Below, one piece after another: positions 12,995 to 25,413 of a DNA stretch of 64,000 nt (position 1 is its first letter; the number at the start of each line of letters is the position of its first letter). Below the pieces are notes generated by a model, which saw only the letters and a program-made list of their open reading frames with translations, had not been told where the DNA came from and did no database searches. Source of the stretch: Podarcis vaucheri (Eukaryota); assembly GCA_965113315.1 (NCBI GenBank), contig OZ220374.1; one strand, 5' to 3'. Both the position numbers and the translations under genes were made by a program.

Positions 12995-13306
12995 CAGTGG
13001 TGCCTCGCAAGACGGAAAACCCGCTAGACGAAAGGGTTTTCCGTTTTTGAGCTGCTTCGCAAGACGATTTTCCCTATGGGCTTGCTTTGCAAGACGAAAA
13101 CTTCTTGCGAGTGTTCCGATTTTTTTTCACTCCCCCCCTTTTCCTAAGCCGCTAATAGCCTTTTAGCCGCTAATCCGCTAAGCCTTTAATAGCCTCTAAA
13201 CCGCTAATAGCGCTAAGCCGCTAATAGGGTTGCTTCGCAAGACAAAAAAACCGCTAGACGAAGAGACTCGCGGAACGGATTAATTTCGTCTTGTGAGGCA
13301 CCACTG
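12995..13306 (-). mobile_element. Tc1/mariner MITE, family A (opposite orientation)
   Basis: Same TIRs, TA TSD. Confidence 0.85.
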
Positions 13307-14899
13307 TATTGTGTACTCCAGATTGAGAGCAGCATTGTGGCAATACTTTTCTGTGGCAGGGCTCAGCTCTGTAATATTCAAACCATGAACAAAATTACCT
13401 TTGAACATGTGCAGAGTGGAATTTCCCTTTAAATGAGTCACCAGAACACTGCTTGATATGAAATATTACTTCACAGGGTGTACTTTCCTTAGAAAGTTTT
13501 GAGCCCTAGTTTTGTAAAAAAGTAGATACACCATTTAGGAATAGAAAATCATTTCTGATGTATGCATGCTTACTGTACCTTTTCATAAAATTTGTGAGTT
13601 CTATATCTCTTTTCTCAAGTTTTTTCCCCTTCTGAGAATAAGATTATGATGAATGACAGAATTACAATGAGACTTAAGGAAGAGAAGTATGTATTACTTA
13701 CATAAAGTATTGTCTAATCCTTCATATACATTGTACTTCCTTAGTTACTTTAAAGACAAGAGTTTTCTAAGGGGACAATGATACCAACGCTACAATATCA
13801 TGGAGAACTCCACTCTTGAGTTGTGTTCAGCTGAGTAATTGGAATTAATGTGTCTTAAATTATGTCTGCAAATTTCAGTAGGACACCTCTTAGTTTGACT
13901 TGACTTGGACACGACCCTTTGCCCTAACCCCATATAGTTCGCATATAGTTACAAAGCAGTAAAGCCTGACTCCTTCCTATGCCATAAACTCATAGGTAAT
14001 TAGGGGAAAAGTGCTTTCCTTTTTTCTCATTCTGCACTTTTCAGAAATATTAGCCTATCATACAGGATTTTTGTTTCAGGATTGTAAAACCAGCCCATGT
14101 GTAGGAGATGTACAGAACAGAAGGGTTAAGAATAGAATTTAGAATAGAATTTATTATTTATACCCTGCCCATCTGGCTGGGTTTGCTTCCCTTGTGGCTG
14201 TCCTGCGCTAGGAGAGGGTTAGAGTAAATGACCTTCAAGGTCCCTTCCAACTCATATAATCCTTTGTGGATATGATTGGTTGCCAGGTGGGTACTTATAA
14301 CCTGGAACAGTAGCCTCAGTTGCATAGACTCCCATGTTTCTATTCCAGTGAATAAACGGATCTGAGACATGGGTCCACTCCTCTGTCACTGAAAGCCATC
14401 CATCTCCAAGTTACGGTGAAGCTTGAAATGAATCATAGGATGCCATACCATATTGCCTAAATAATGCATCTGTTGAGGGTTTGGCCCCTTACATTTGCAC
14501 TTGCCTGAGCGAACATGGAACGCCGTGGTGGCTACTGTTGGTTGAATTCGATTAAATTTTGAGAAACCTATACCTGCAACTCTCTGATCAAGCAACTTGT
14601 AATTGAACATGAGAAACTGATGGGAAAAGGAAAGGAAGCAATATGACAGCACACCATTTAGAAATATAAGACATCACCTAAAATTTACATTACGCCTATT
14701 GGGGTTAATTTGTTAAGTGAAAAATGCAGAGTAACCAAATCAGAAAAAGATGTTCAAAGAAATCTCACCATAAGCATAACTTGAGGGGCTAAACCCAAAT
14801 CTTCAATAGTGGTGTCTACGATTTGCTCTCTGTGGCAAAAAATAGTTATTTCTCATTTTAAGGTTCTTTTAGATTTACTAAAGGTATATACTAGAGCTT

Positions 14900-15080
14900 C
14901 TTCCCACCTTTCCTCCAAGAATGCCTACATGGTGGTTCTTCTGCTCCATTTTACCCTTACAACAACCCTGACAGGTTGGTTAAGCTAAGAAACTGTGTGC
15001 TTCATTGCTGAGTGCAGATTTGAATCCTGGTCTTCCATATCCCAGACCAACACTCTTAACTACTACACTGCAGTGGCTAT
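14900..15080 (-). mobile_element. Degraded tRNA-derived SINE (Squam3/MIR-like)
   Basis: Similar to 60384-60615; reverse-complement head 'agtgtagtagttaagagtgttgg'. Confidence 0.5.
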
Positions 15081-16627
15081 CTTTATAAATTCTATTCTCT
15101 ATAAAATTAAAACAGTTTGTTGTGTTAGATTCTACACACCCAGTTTATACTAAGCGAGGCTAGTTAATGTTGTGTTTTGGTCTTTCAGGTGGACATTGGG
15201 CCTGATGTGTACATGTGTGGGAAGAGATACATGTCCAGGTAGAAATTATTCAGATGCATTTGTAGCCAGTGTTTGGGAACGCTGTACTTGTAGAATTTCT
15301 GACTGGATATTCCCTTCATAGTGTTGTGATGGAGCTCCACACATTTATAGATGCCAGGCAGAAATTCTTCGGTGAGGACATCACAAATGTTGGGAGAAGG
15401 TGAACCTGTAGAATTACCGGTTTCCTGTTTAATACACATATTAGCTGTCTGTATTTTAGGAAGAATTTGGTGATCCAGAAGCTTTTAATGCCTTCATTGA
15501 GAAATTTTATTTATTCCTGTAATTGCTCCTCCCTGTTTCCTTTCACTCTTAACTTCTGTCTTATAGTCTCCTCCCAAACCGGCACTTCCTCTCATCCCTG
15601 TCCTGAATTAAAGAATTTCCTGGAAAATTACTGGTGCTAAACTGCAGGAGAGATAACACAAAATATTTAGGACAATTCTTGATAATAAAAGAATAGTTAC
15701 TTTTACTAACCATTTTAGCTTTTATTTTAAATCTTAGGTGGTAAAGAGTACTGATTTTGTTAAATAGCAGCAATATTACATGGTATTGACCCAAAACTCT
15801 GGTACAAGCAAAGTCATTAAAAGTTGCTTGTTTTACTTGGCCTAAATCGGAGAGTTTAAAAAGGGTTTGGGCTCTTACGTTATGGTTTATGGTTGAGGAT
15901 ATTTCATTGAATACTTCCTGGTTCAATGCTGCTGGACTATTAATTGTTTCTAATGAAATACAGCAACTGAGATTATATCCCTCTTTCCAAATATATTGTT
16001 CCTTTTTGTAGATGTCTGCTTTAGCCTGTTGATACCCAGAATTATTTTTTCCTACTTGAGAAACATTGGAAACCTCTTCAACCCTTAAAGTGAGCAATGG
16101 CTATCTATTCTATCAGCGCAGGAGCTATGGTGACTACCAGTATTACAAATAAGTCAGGAGCATTTTGCGACTCACACGTGTGCAATTGTAACCACATGGA
16201 GATCTCTGGGTGCCTGGCTGGCGACTGGGGAAAGCAAAATGTCACTTAGAGAAGGATCTGAAATATTTTAATTGAAGCTTGAATTTGTTTTATTCTGGAT
16301 TATTTTATTTGATCTTTTAATGTGTTGTAAACCACTTTGAGATTTGTTCTTTAAAAGGTAAAGTGGTGCAGAAATGCTGCTGCTGCTGATAATAATGATA
16401 ATAACAATTAATAAATAATAAATGCATTTAAAAATTGCAGCAACTATAACCCATCTGTAAAGTACCATTTGGCGATTATATATTTCTAACATTGCTGACT
16501 AGGTAGCGGGGGTATTGTTTGATTCAGGCTCTGTGATGGAGGCCAAATTTGGCTATAAACAACAGAAGTACATGGGTGCAATTCGTTTTGTTTTGTTGGA
16601 AATTTAAAATGTAAGAGTTATTTGTGA

Positions 16628-16810
16628 AGGACTGTAGCTCAGAACATCTGCTTTGTATGCAGATTCAATCCCTGGCATTTCCAGTAGGACTGAAAATTCC
16701 CCTGTGCTTGAAACCCTGCAGAACCAGGTCCAATCAGCACAGACAGTACTGAGCTAGTTGGACCAATGGTCTGGCTTGGTAAAAGGCAGCTTCCTATATT
16801 CCTGTGTCTT
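16628..16810 (+). mobile_element. tRNA-derived SINE-like repeat
   Basis: 'tgtagctcag...catctgctttgtatgcag...ttcaatccctggcat' head and 'ggaccaatggtctg...aaggcagcttccta' tail. Confidence 0.6.
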
Positions 16811-16825
16811 AAGTAAAGCATAGTA

Positions 16826-17049
16826 CAGTCATAGTTTGGTTTCCGAACAGCTTCGTTCTTGAAAGTTTTGGCTCCCGAAGGCCACAAACCCAGAAGTGAC
16901 TGTTCTGGTTTGCAAACTTTTTTTGGAAGCCGAATGTCCAATGGGACTTCCATGGCTTCCGATTGGCTGCAGGAGCTTTGGTTTCCGAACGTTTTGGAAG
17001 TTGAACGGACTTCCAGGATGGATTTTGTTTGACTTCCAAGGTATGACTG
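16826..17049. mobile_element. Tc1/mariner-like MITE, family C
   Basis: TIRs CAGTCATA.../...TATGACTG, TA TSD. Confidence 0.7.
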
Positions 17050-19943
17050 TAGTATGAATATCTTTTTTTATGGACCTGGCAAAATAAAACAAGTAAAAGT
17101 GAATAATGCAGTGAATATTATGTGATTTCAAAATTTTGTTTGAGATCCAAAGAGCTGATTAGGCTCATGCAAACAGATTGTATTAGCCTACTGTTTTGTT
17201 TTTTACTTTGACTGGCTAACCCCATGCCTTGTTAAAAATGTATTTTGAGGTTTGCTATATAGTTTGGTGGCAGTAGATGTTTGTGGGGAGAAGTCTAAAG
17301 TTTCCCTTCTTTGGCTTCTTGTTACACCTTCAAGTCATAGTTAAACAAAAATTCATCTGCTGTTCGGATTGCTATAGTTTTACTCTTTGAGAGCTGCTCT
17401 GTGTAAATGCAAGTGTTGGGTCATTGTGCTTAAATCACTTGACTGCTGAAACTGTTGCTACACCAAGATGGAATCCAGAGTTACAAAATGGGAAATGCAG
17501 GCTGGGAAGAGTGGCATGAGGATCTTTGGCAATCATGATTTATTTATAAATACATGCTTGCACAGAACGGATGTGCATGGCTTGTATTGGCCTTAAGTGG
17601 CAGGCAAGCTAGAGCATTTGAGAAAATAGGCTGAAATTCTGCTTCACTATGTGTGACACTGGGAGCAAGTACGTGAAACGTGAACAGTCATCAGTGGTGG
17701 CAAACTAATTACCAGAAATACTTAACAGAGGAAGCTGTCTTTAAACGTTAGACTTCTAAGGTATGTGTAATTGAGAGAACGTATGTGTCACCCAAACTAA
17801 AACTTGGTTTAGCTTTTGACAAAACATGTTAGTCAAATGCATAACACATGGAGCACTGTTTTCCAAATTTGAAGTCTATGAAAACATCCAATTGTGCAAC
17901 TTGTATGCTAAATTATAAATGTTGGTCCAAGCTACTGCCTCTCCTGTACAAAAGTCTACGTAAGTTTAGCACAAGCTAGAAATTTTGTCTTTTCATATGC
18001 ACAGTAATGTCAGCTTTATATACTCTGTAATCAGACTGTCTAGAGTAAGATTCTGTAATACTAAAATTTAACCTGATTGAAACAGGCAAAACTAAAATTC
18101 TGAACATGTATGAACGTTATTTAACACTTGTATAAAGGATCACTTTGTGTGTGTTTTTAATTGTGGCATTGCCTTAGGTGCCTCTAATGAAAATTTATAC
18201 AATAAATGAGTTGTTCAAAAAATCAAAAGCCACACTTGTAACTTGGTAGGCAAATCTGAGCATGGCAGATCAAAAGTCAGACCAGTGGTGACCCTGTTCA
18301 TTTTAAGTTTACATCTATACTTTCAGGAAGTTGCTCTGATTTATTGGCTACAGCATCATTTTGCTGCTCTGGTGTGCTGCATGGCCAAATGATCTGCAAT
18401 GTACATACTAAGCTCAAACTTTGAGAACAAGCTGTATAAGCCAGTGTAAGAAATTGGTGCAGATTTTAGTTGACTAACATAAATTATGTTTCGGAGCCTG
18501 AAAGTTAGACAGCCTTTTATAGTAGGCTTACTGGTATTTCAGAGACACATTGTTAAAATTCTGTAGTGCATATAAATCTGGATAGGTAACTTGAACACTC
18601 TTTTGACCCACCATTCATGTTTTCTTGCTATTGTGTCATCCCTGCAGTTCTCCAGCTTCCTTTTCGTATTTTCCCTCTTTAAACCAGGAAGCAAAATGAG
18701 CCTTTTCTAGTATTGTAGAATGATTCCCACTGACAACACCATTCCCTTATGTTTAAACAGAAAAGAACAGTGATTTCCTTGTTAGCAAAGCTGTTTAAAG
18801 CTTGACACCAGTTGCCTGCGTGGTGAGGTTCCAGCTTCATGTCATAAACAGCTACTTGCTGGTGAAGTATGCTGAACTGAATTGTATTGAGTTGTCCTCC
18901 CCATTCGCTCATTGATTAGAATTAAAGGGCAGGCTGGTCTGAAACAGGGCCCGACCAGCTGCATGGCCCTCTGCAACATTTGACACTCCATCCCTGCAGC
19001 TGGTCTTCTGCTGCCTTCCCAAAGGCAGGTAAGTGAGTTGCTGGGCTTTGGGGAGGAAGTCTGAGGGCTCTGTCAGGGTCCTAGAGTCCTCTCCCCTCTT
19101 TCCCGAAGCTCAGTTAGCACTTCCCCAGCTTTGGGAAGGAGATAGGAGGCCTCTAGGACCCTGCCAGAGTCTTGTGCCACTTTCTCAAAAAAAACCAGTG
19201 ACTGACTCACTTACCCAGCTTTGGGAAGGCTGGGGGAGGGGCATCAAATTTTGGGCTCACTTCTCCCCCCACCCCCAACAAGCCAGTGTGCAGTCTGCAG
19301 GTTCCATGTAAGAGAACTCTTGAGGCTCACTTGGTATGGAAATAGATATAGGGATTTAGATTTAGAACCCATCACTCCACATCCTTAATGACTACTTGAC
19401 GTGTGATACAAAACTTTCATTACTTCATAAGCTGACGGTTGTTGCCACCATTGTGCTCCATGAACACTGCAATAAATTTAGCAACAATATAAAGGACAGG
19501 CTTTTCCTTGGCAGTGAAAAACAAAGAGCTCAAGATTTCCTAAAGGCTACTTAAAGCAACTGTCAGAAAGATATTGCTAGTCAGTAGTGTGTGAGCTCAG
19601 GCAGGCAATCTGTAAATGGACAGGGCCTTAGCATAACTGGAAATACTGTGGTTGCATGTTGAAAACTCAGTTTCAGATACTTGGTATTATAACTAGTCTG
19701 TCAACCTCAGTTGACCCAGAACAGCTTGATTAGCCTAACTAACCAACCCTCTCCTAGAATGCTACGAGGTTCAGTCACTTCTCAGTGCATTAGTGAAAAA
19801 GGTATACAAATGTAACTAAAATTTGTTTCCAGAAAGGAAATTGTTGCATCCTGCTTGGAGGGTAAAGTAATTTTCTTGGAGGATGATATGCTTCCTAGTT
19901 TGCTATTTATCTCCATGAAATAATTTCCAACCAGTTTTTAGTA

Positions 19944-20169
19944 CAGTGGTACATCGGGTTAAGTACTTAATTCATTCCGGAGGTCCATTCTTAACCTGAA
20001 ACTGTTCTTAACCTGAAGCACCACTTTAGCTAATGGGGCTTCCTGCTGCTGCCGCGCCACTAGAGCATGATTTCTGTTCTTATCCTGAAGCAAAGTTCTT
20101 AACCTGAGGTACTATTTCTGGGTTAGCAGAGTCTGTAACCTGAAGTGTATGTAACCCAAGGTACCACTG
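19944..20169 (+). mobile_element. Tigger-like MITE, family B
   Basis: TIRs CAGTGGTAC...GGGTTA, TA TSD; related copies at 21478, 52484 and 53130. Confidence 0.85.
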
Positions 20170-20319
20170 TATCTGAGTTTCTAACACTGATTTGGAATAC
20201 AATGCCCAAACAGAGCTAAAGGAGTTCCAGATAAAGCCAGTTTTACAGCATGGATAAAAACATGAAGCAAGTAAACAGTGTGTTACAATGTACAAACTTT
20301 TAAACTAGTATTCCCCTGG

Positions 20320-20810
20320 CACCAAAGTGACCAAAAAGGCAGTGCCAGGCAAGCCTCATCAGGGAGGGCATTCTACAACTGGGTTGCCAGCACCAAGGAG
20401 GCCCACTGACTCACCACTAGTCATCCTGCTCGCCTATTTGGCAGGGGCGCCAAAAGAAGGTCTGTGAAGAGGACATTAACATTCAGGTCAGTACATATGG
20501 AAGGCAGCAATCTTTCAGGTGCCCTCTTTAATTTGGCCTCATAATGGACTGGAGCCAGTGCACTTGATAAAGCACTGGTATGAATATGATCGAAATCTCC
20601 CAGCTGCAGCTTGCAGTCATACTTTGGACGAGTTAAGTTGCAGGCTATTTTCAAAGGCAGCCCTAATTACAAAACAGAGCGAGGCTTAACAAGAAGTTAC
20701 TGGGGTATAGGTAACTGTGGCCAGTGTACTTCCAGTCAGGTAGAGTCACAGCAGGTATAGCAGACAAAGATGATAAAAAGGCACTCTGAGGAATAGCTGG
20801 ACTTCAAAGG
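20320..20810 (-). mobile_element. Degraded L2 LINE fragment
   Basis: Similar to the minus-strand L2 copies at 35850-36570 and 45696-46043. Boundaries approximate. Confidence 0.5.
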
Positions 20811-21477
20811 TAGAACTGGTCTTTTAATGTGATAGCATAATTAGTTCTTGAGCCTTACTAGGTTTTGAAATAAGGGTGTGACTTTAAGCAGCTTGAACTC
20901 ACGTTAAGGAATAGCATATTGATGAGCAGCGTGTGGCAATACAAACAGGGTAGGCTTTGCTTCTATTAATGCCTTGGGTAAAAAAGAAGTGGTATATCAA
21001 TCGTCTATGGAATGATTAATTATGACCATTGTAGCAAACATTTGCACCACAGCTTGGCGGGATGTCATGAATTACTTGCTTTTCAAACAAGTATCTTGCC
21101 ATTACTAACATGCTACACTTCAAATGATTGCCTGCTCATCTGGGGTTTCCTAAAGCTAAAAACATAAAAAGTGCCTTGCTGCTATTAGCACTGCACCTAA
21201 AGTTCAAACTATAATGTTCTGCTAGAACACAGGCAGGGAACCTCCAGGTTTGGGGGAGAATCTTGGTCTGCTAGAGGGTACAATTTCACCCATGAGGTCA
21301 TTTTCCCAAAAGCACCTCTGCACCAGCAGACATCACTGGCGACGTCGGCTTGTAAATGTGAGCAAAGAGTTTAATCCTGCATTGGCTGTGCAATCCTGTT
21401 CCAGCAGGATCTGGTCCATGAAACCGAAAAGCTTCCCTACCCATGTACTAGATGGACTGCGTTTTAAAGTTCCTATA

Positions 21478-21560
21478 CAGTGGTACCTTGGGTTACATAC
21501 GCTTCAGGTTACATACACTTCAGGTTACAGACCAGAAATAGTACCTTGGGTTAAGAACCT
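21478..21560 (-). mobile_element. Truncated family B MITE
   Basis: One TIR end (TA|CAGTGGTACCTTGGGTTACATACGCTTCAGG). Confidence 0.65.
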
Positions 21561-21611
21561 GTAAAAAACCCTCCTCTCGGGGTTCTTATCCCTAAGTTGC
21601 AAATACTAGGC

Positions 21612-21749
21612 CAGGCACCCCCAAACTCGGCCCTCCAGATGTTTTTTTTGACTACAGTTCCCATCATCCCTGACCACTGGTCCTGTTAGCTAGGGATGAT
21701 GGGAGTTGTAGTCCCAAATCTTATGGAGGGCCAAGTTTGGGGATGCCTG
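21612..21749. mobile_element. Palindromic hAT MITE
   Basis: TIR CAGGCA(C/T)CCCCAAACT, 'gactaca.ttcccatcatccc' arms, degenerate 8-bp TSD (tactaggc/caataggc). Confidence 0.75.
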
Positions 21750-23230
21750 CAATAGGCGCATAGTTGTCCCCGTTGAGGGGTATGGCCAGCACATTCCTTG
21801 CTGCCTAGCAACCTTTCACATCCACAACTCCCTATGGCCTGAGCAGGGCTCTTTTTCACTGGAGCTGTTTTATAATATTATATTTTACTGTAACAGTATT
21901 ACTAGGTGGCCTACATAAATTCCATGAATAGAATAAAATGATAAATATAACCACACTGTGAAATTCCTGTATGATGAAGTAGTATAATTCTACAAGGCAC
22001 CAAAAAATACTCATTTCTTTCTAATTTTACACTAAATTCTTACAAAAGGGGAAGCAGCCTTGACTCTCATTAAACATCCATGGAATTCAGAATTTTTCTG
22101 AATGAGCAGAAAAGTAATTCAGAAACTGGTGTGGTGATGCTAGAGGGTAAATGCAGAAGTTGTCCTGCCGTGTTTCCTGTTATTCCCAGTCTTTTAAATA
22201 TGCAGTCAATGGGAACAAAACACGTTTATGCTAAAAAGGGCCTAAATTCCTTCTTCTCAGATCTAATGAAGTTTGTGAAACTCATACAGCTGCTTGGCCT
22301 TGCCTGGAACAAACACTATACATTGGCCTCACTATGTGGTTGAACTTAGATGAGCACTCTCATTAACAAGTTGCATGGCTGCCATTGCCACCCCATAGTG
22401 GTGGTGACTCACAGCCTCTGACTTGCAACATATTCTCCAGCATGAGTCTACTACGTCAACATTAGAAAAATGTTCATAAGAGATGCTCAGATCATTTTGG
22501 ACTGAATTTTTGTAAACTGTTGAGCCCTGTACGTTTTCGGCAAATTTTAAAGGTTATTTCTGTTGGTTGGTTGTGTTTGTGATCATTATTACTGAAAAGA
22601 TCTCTTGCCTCTTACACACCTTCTCCTTGCCCTGAGGCTGATTCAAAGGAGAAGATGGAAGTGAACTTTAATTAGTTATTTGCACTTGTAGCAGCTGCCA
22701 AGAAGAAAAAAGCCACCCTGGAAACTTCTTTCTTATGGAGTTCATCTGGGGGCTCTGCAAAACCCTTTGGGGGGGGCTACTGTTTGAGGGGTTGTGGGAT
22801 TCAGTTTCCTAGTACTCAGAGAGCAGCCGCTGCTTCACATCTTCCTCAGTTGATTCCGGGTAGCATAGAAGAAGTTCTGCCTAAGTTTACAGCAAACTGT
22901 TTTATATTAAAGGAAGTAAACTTGTGCAGAAGAGACATGGGTTTCGTTAACTTACAAATCACCAACATAGTTTTGTGATAAATGGTTGCCAGCTTGAGGT
23001 TTTTCTAATAGTAACAGTTAAAAACTGTGAAGAGGAATCATTGATGAAAAGGCTCCTATGCAGTGTTTTCTATATGCTCCTTTTTGCCTCTTCAAAGTTA
23101 TGCCAAAAGGATACCCAAATATGCATTTCCTTTGGGGGTTTCTTTACTGCTTTTTATACTTGTAACCCAAGCATTGCTGTGCTTTTTCCTGTTTTACAGT
23201 GCAGTTCTGTGCATGTTGACTTGGAAATTA

Positions 23231-23588
23231 AAGGTAAAGGTACCCCTGCCCGAACGGGCCAGTCTTGACAGACTCTGGGGTTTGTGCGCCCATCTCACAT
23301 CTATAGGCCGGGGGCCAGCGCTGTCCGGAGACACTTCCGGGTCACGTGGCCAGCGTGACAAGCTGCATCTGGCGAGCCAGCGCAGCACACGGAACGCCGT
23401 TTACCTTCCCGCTGGTAAGCGGTACCTATTTATCTACTTGCACCCGGGGGTGCTTTCGAACTGCTAGGTTGGCAGGCGCTGGGACCGAGCAGCGGGAGTG
23501 CACCCCGCCGCGGGGATTCGAACCGCCGACCTTTCGATCGGCAAGCCCTAGGCACTGAGGCTTTTACCCACAGCGCCACCCGCGTCCC
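23231..23588 (-). mobile_element. Full-length Sauria SINE
   Basis: Reverse-complement head GGGACGCGGGTGGCGCTGTGG, (ACCTTT)n tail, perfect 15-bp TSD TTGACTTGGAAATTA. Confidence 0.9.
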
Positions 23589-24651
23589 TTGACTTGGAAA
23601 TTAGTTCTGCAATATTCAGTAGAAATTACTTCCAGTAGAAATCTATTAGAATTGATGCCTTGAGGTCTAAGTTATGTTGATTTTTAAGAAGGTTTGTTGT
23701 GCACTGTTTTTGTTTTATTTAAAAAATCTAGACTATAGCGTAAGTGGTGTATAAGATAAAAACAAAATAAAGCACAAGTTCTAAAAACAGCATTTCAGCA
23801 AACTCTGAAAGCAATGAAATCATTTTTACACATTCTAAAAACAATATTACAATTTGTTCAAATATATGATTGCATATAGATATTTGGGGATCCCTTCTGT
23901 GAAGAGGTGTTCGGTTGTTTTGTACTCTTGGATGGTACTGAAACAGGCAATTTGCAGGTGTATGTTCCAGAGAGAAATGGGCTAGTAAATACTTCCATCC
24001 TGTTGACAATGCTATACTGAAATATATATTCAGAATTGTCAGGCAAAGTCATTTAAGTTCAAAATGCAAAGTTTTTTTGTGGCATACCTTTGAAATTCAT
24101 AGCTTCTGTGAGATGTGTTATAGGAAGCAACGTGATGGTGTGGGAAAGGCAAGCTTCTGTAGTTACTATATTCTGATTTACAAGGTTATGGTAACTTTAG
24201 TTCCAGGAGCTGAGAGTGTTCCAATGTGTTTTGGGGGGAAATTAAGTGGCTTTGTTTCTTTGTTTTAAAATCAAAGCTATCCATACAGCATCAAATTACT
24301 GAACTTTGTAACCATAAGTAGGGTAAATGAGTTGGAAACCGTTACAAAATTAACACGTTATGTGTGGAGTCTGGTAAAGCTCAGTCTGAAGATACAGAAA
24401 TTGATTCTTTGTGTTATAGAAACTAAGACAGGATACTTCTTGTAACAAACATATCAAACCCTTAACATACAGCTAGTCAAGCTCTGTAGTTCAGTTGCAT
24501 TCCTTTCTTCTTGGTCTCATTTGATCTGTGTTTCATTAATGCGCTCAGGATTACAGCTTAAAACCTTAGTTTCCTTAACTGCTGTATCCAAACCAAAAGA
24601 AACACTACCTTGAATAAATGGAGTAAAATGAGACCAGCTTTTACTTTAGAT

Positions 24652-24787
24652 CAGTGTTCCCCAACCTTGGGCCTCCAGCTGTTTTTGGACTACAACTCCC
24701 ATCATCCCTCGCTAGCAAGACCTGTGGTCAAGGATGATGGGAATTGTAGTCCAAAAACAGCTGGAGGCCCAAGGTTGGGGAACACTG
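24652..24787. mobile_element. Palindromic hAT MITE
   Basis: Near-perfect hairpin CAGTGTTCCCCAACCTTGGGCCTCCAGCTG..., perfect 8-bp TSD CTTTAGAT. Confidence 0.88.
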
Positions 24788-25307
24788 CTTTAGATGAGGT
24801 CACCTGAAGAAGTGATAGACAATTGGGCTAATGTGCAATTAGTCTTGAAAATGTTTGGTTATGAAACAGTGCAGCTCTAATAATTTCAGGTGACTTATAA
24901 TAAAACCAGTAAGATTATTCCTGAAAGATGACTTGTAGAGGTACCTCTCAGATTAATTGTTGTAGGCCAGGAAGAGTGCATGCGCCTATGTGTTTTGAAA
25001 ATGAAAGTTTGCTTTTGGTATATATTTCAATATAGAAATTAAACTTTGTAGTCCCTACACTAGTGGCGAACTCAAGTCACTTTGGCAAAAGAACTGCTGG
25101 GGAGACCTTTCTGCTGCACATTTACTTGTGTGCAGAGGTCTTTCCATTTCCCTTTTGGTTTCAGCCTCCTGTGCAGCTAAAAGCACTCTGAAGGATCTCC
25201 TGATCCTCTGGAATCAGTTTTGAATGAGGGATTAGAAGAAGAGAAATTAATTCTAATCCTAGCAGAAGTGCAAGCACCCTCTGCTTCTGCAGCTCAGTCA
25301 TTTTGAA

Positions 25308-25413
25308 ACTAAGACGTCAAGTTTTAAATTTATGATTTTATAATTGAAAAACTTTATTTCACAATAAGGTTTTTCAATTATAAAATCATAAATTTAAAAC
25401 TTGACATCTTAGT
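25308..25413. repeat. AT-rich near-perfect inverted repeat (51-bp arms, 4-nt loop)
   Basis: Arms 25308-25358 and 25363-25413 are reverse complements with 2 mismatches. Confidence 0.9.

Noticed and set aside
2419-13306. Recurrent short repeats (gtcttgcg, ttagcggc) suggesting an array
   Set aside because: They are internal subterminal repeats of the family A MITE copies, not a CRISPR-like or regulatory array.
15561-16097. 178-aa minus-strand ORF in intron 1
   Set aside because: Non-ATG start, no recognisable domain and no supporting exon structure.
19000-19028. Possible 29-nt 5' UTR micro-exon (ctgcag|...CAG|GTAAGT)
   Set aside because: It lies in repeat-like sequence with locally duplicated 'cccagctttgggaagg', and splice-site matches alone are not enough evidence.
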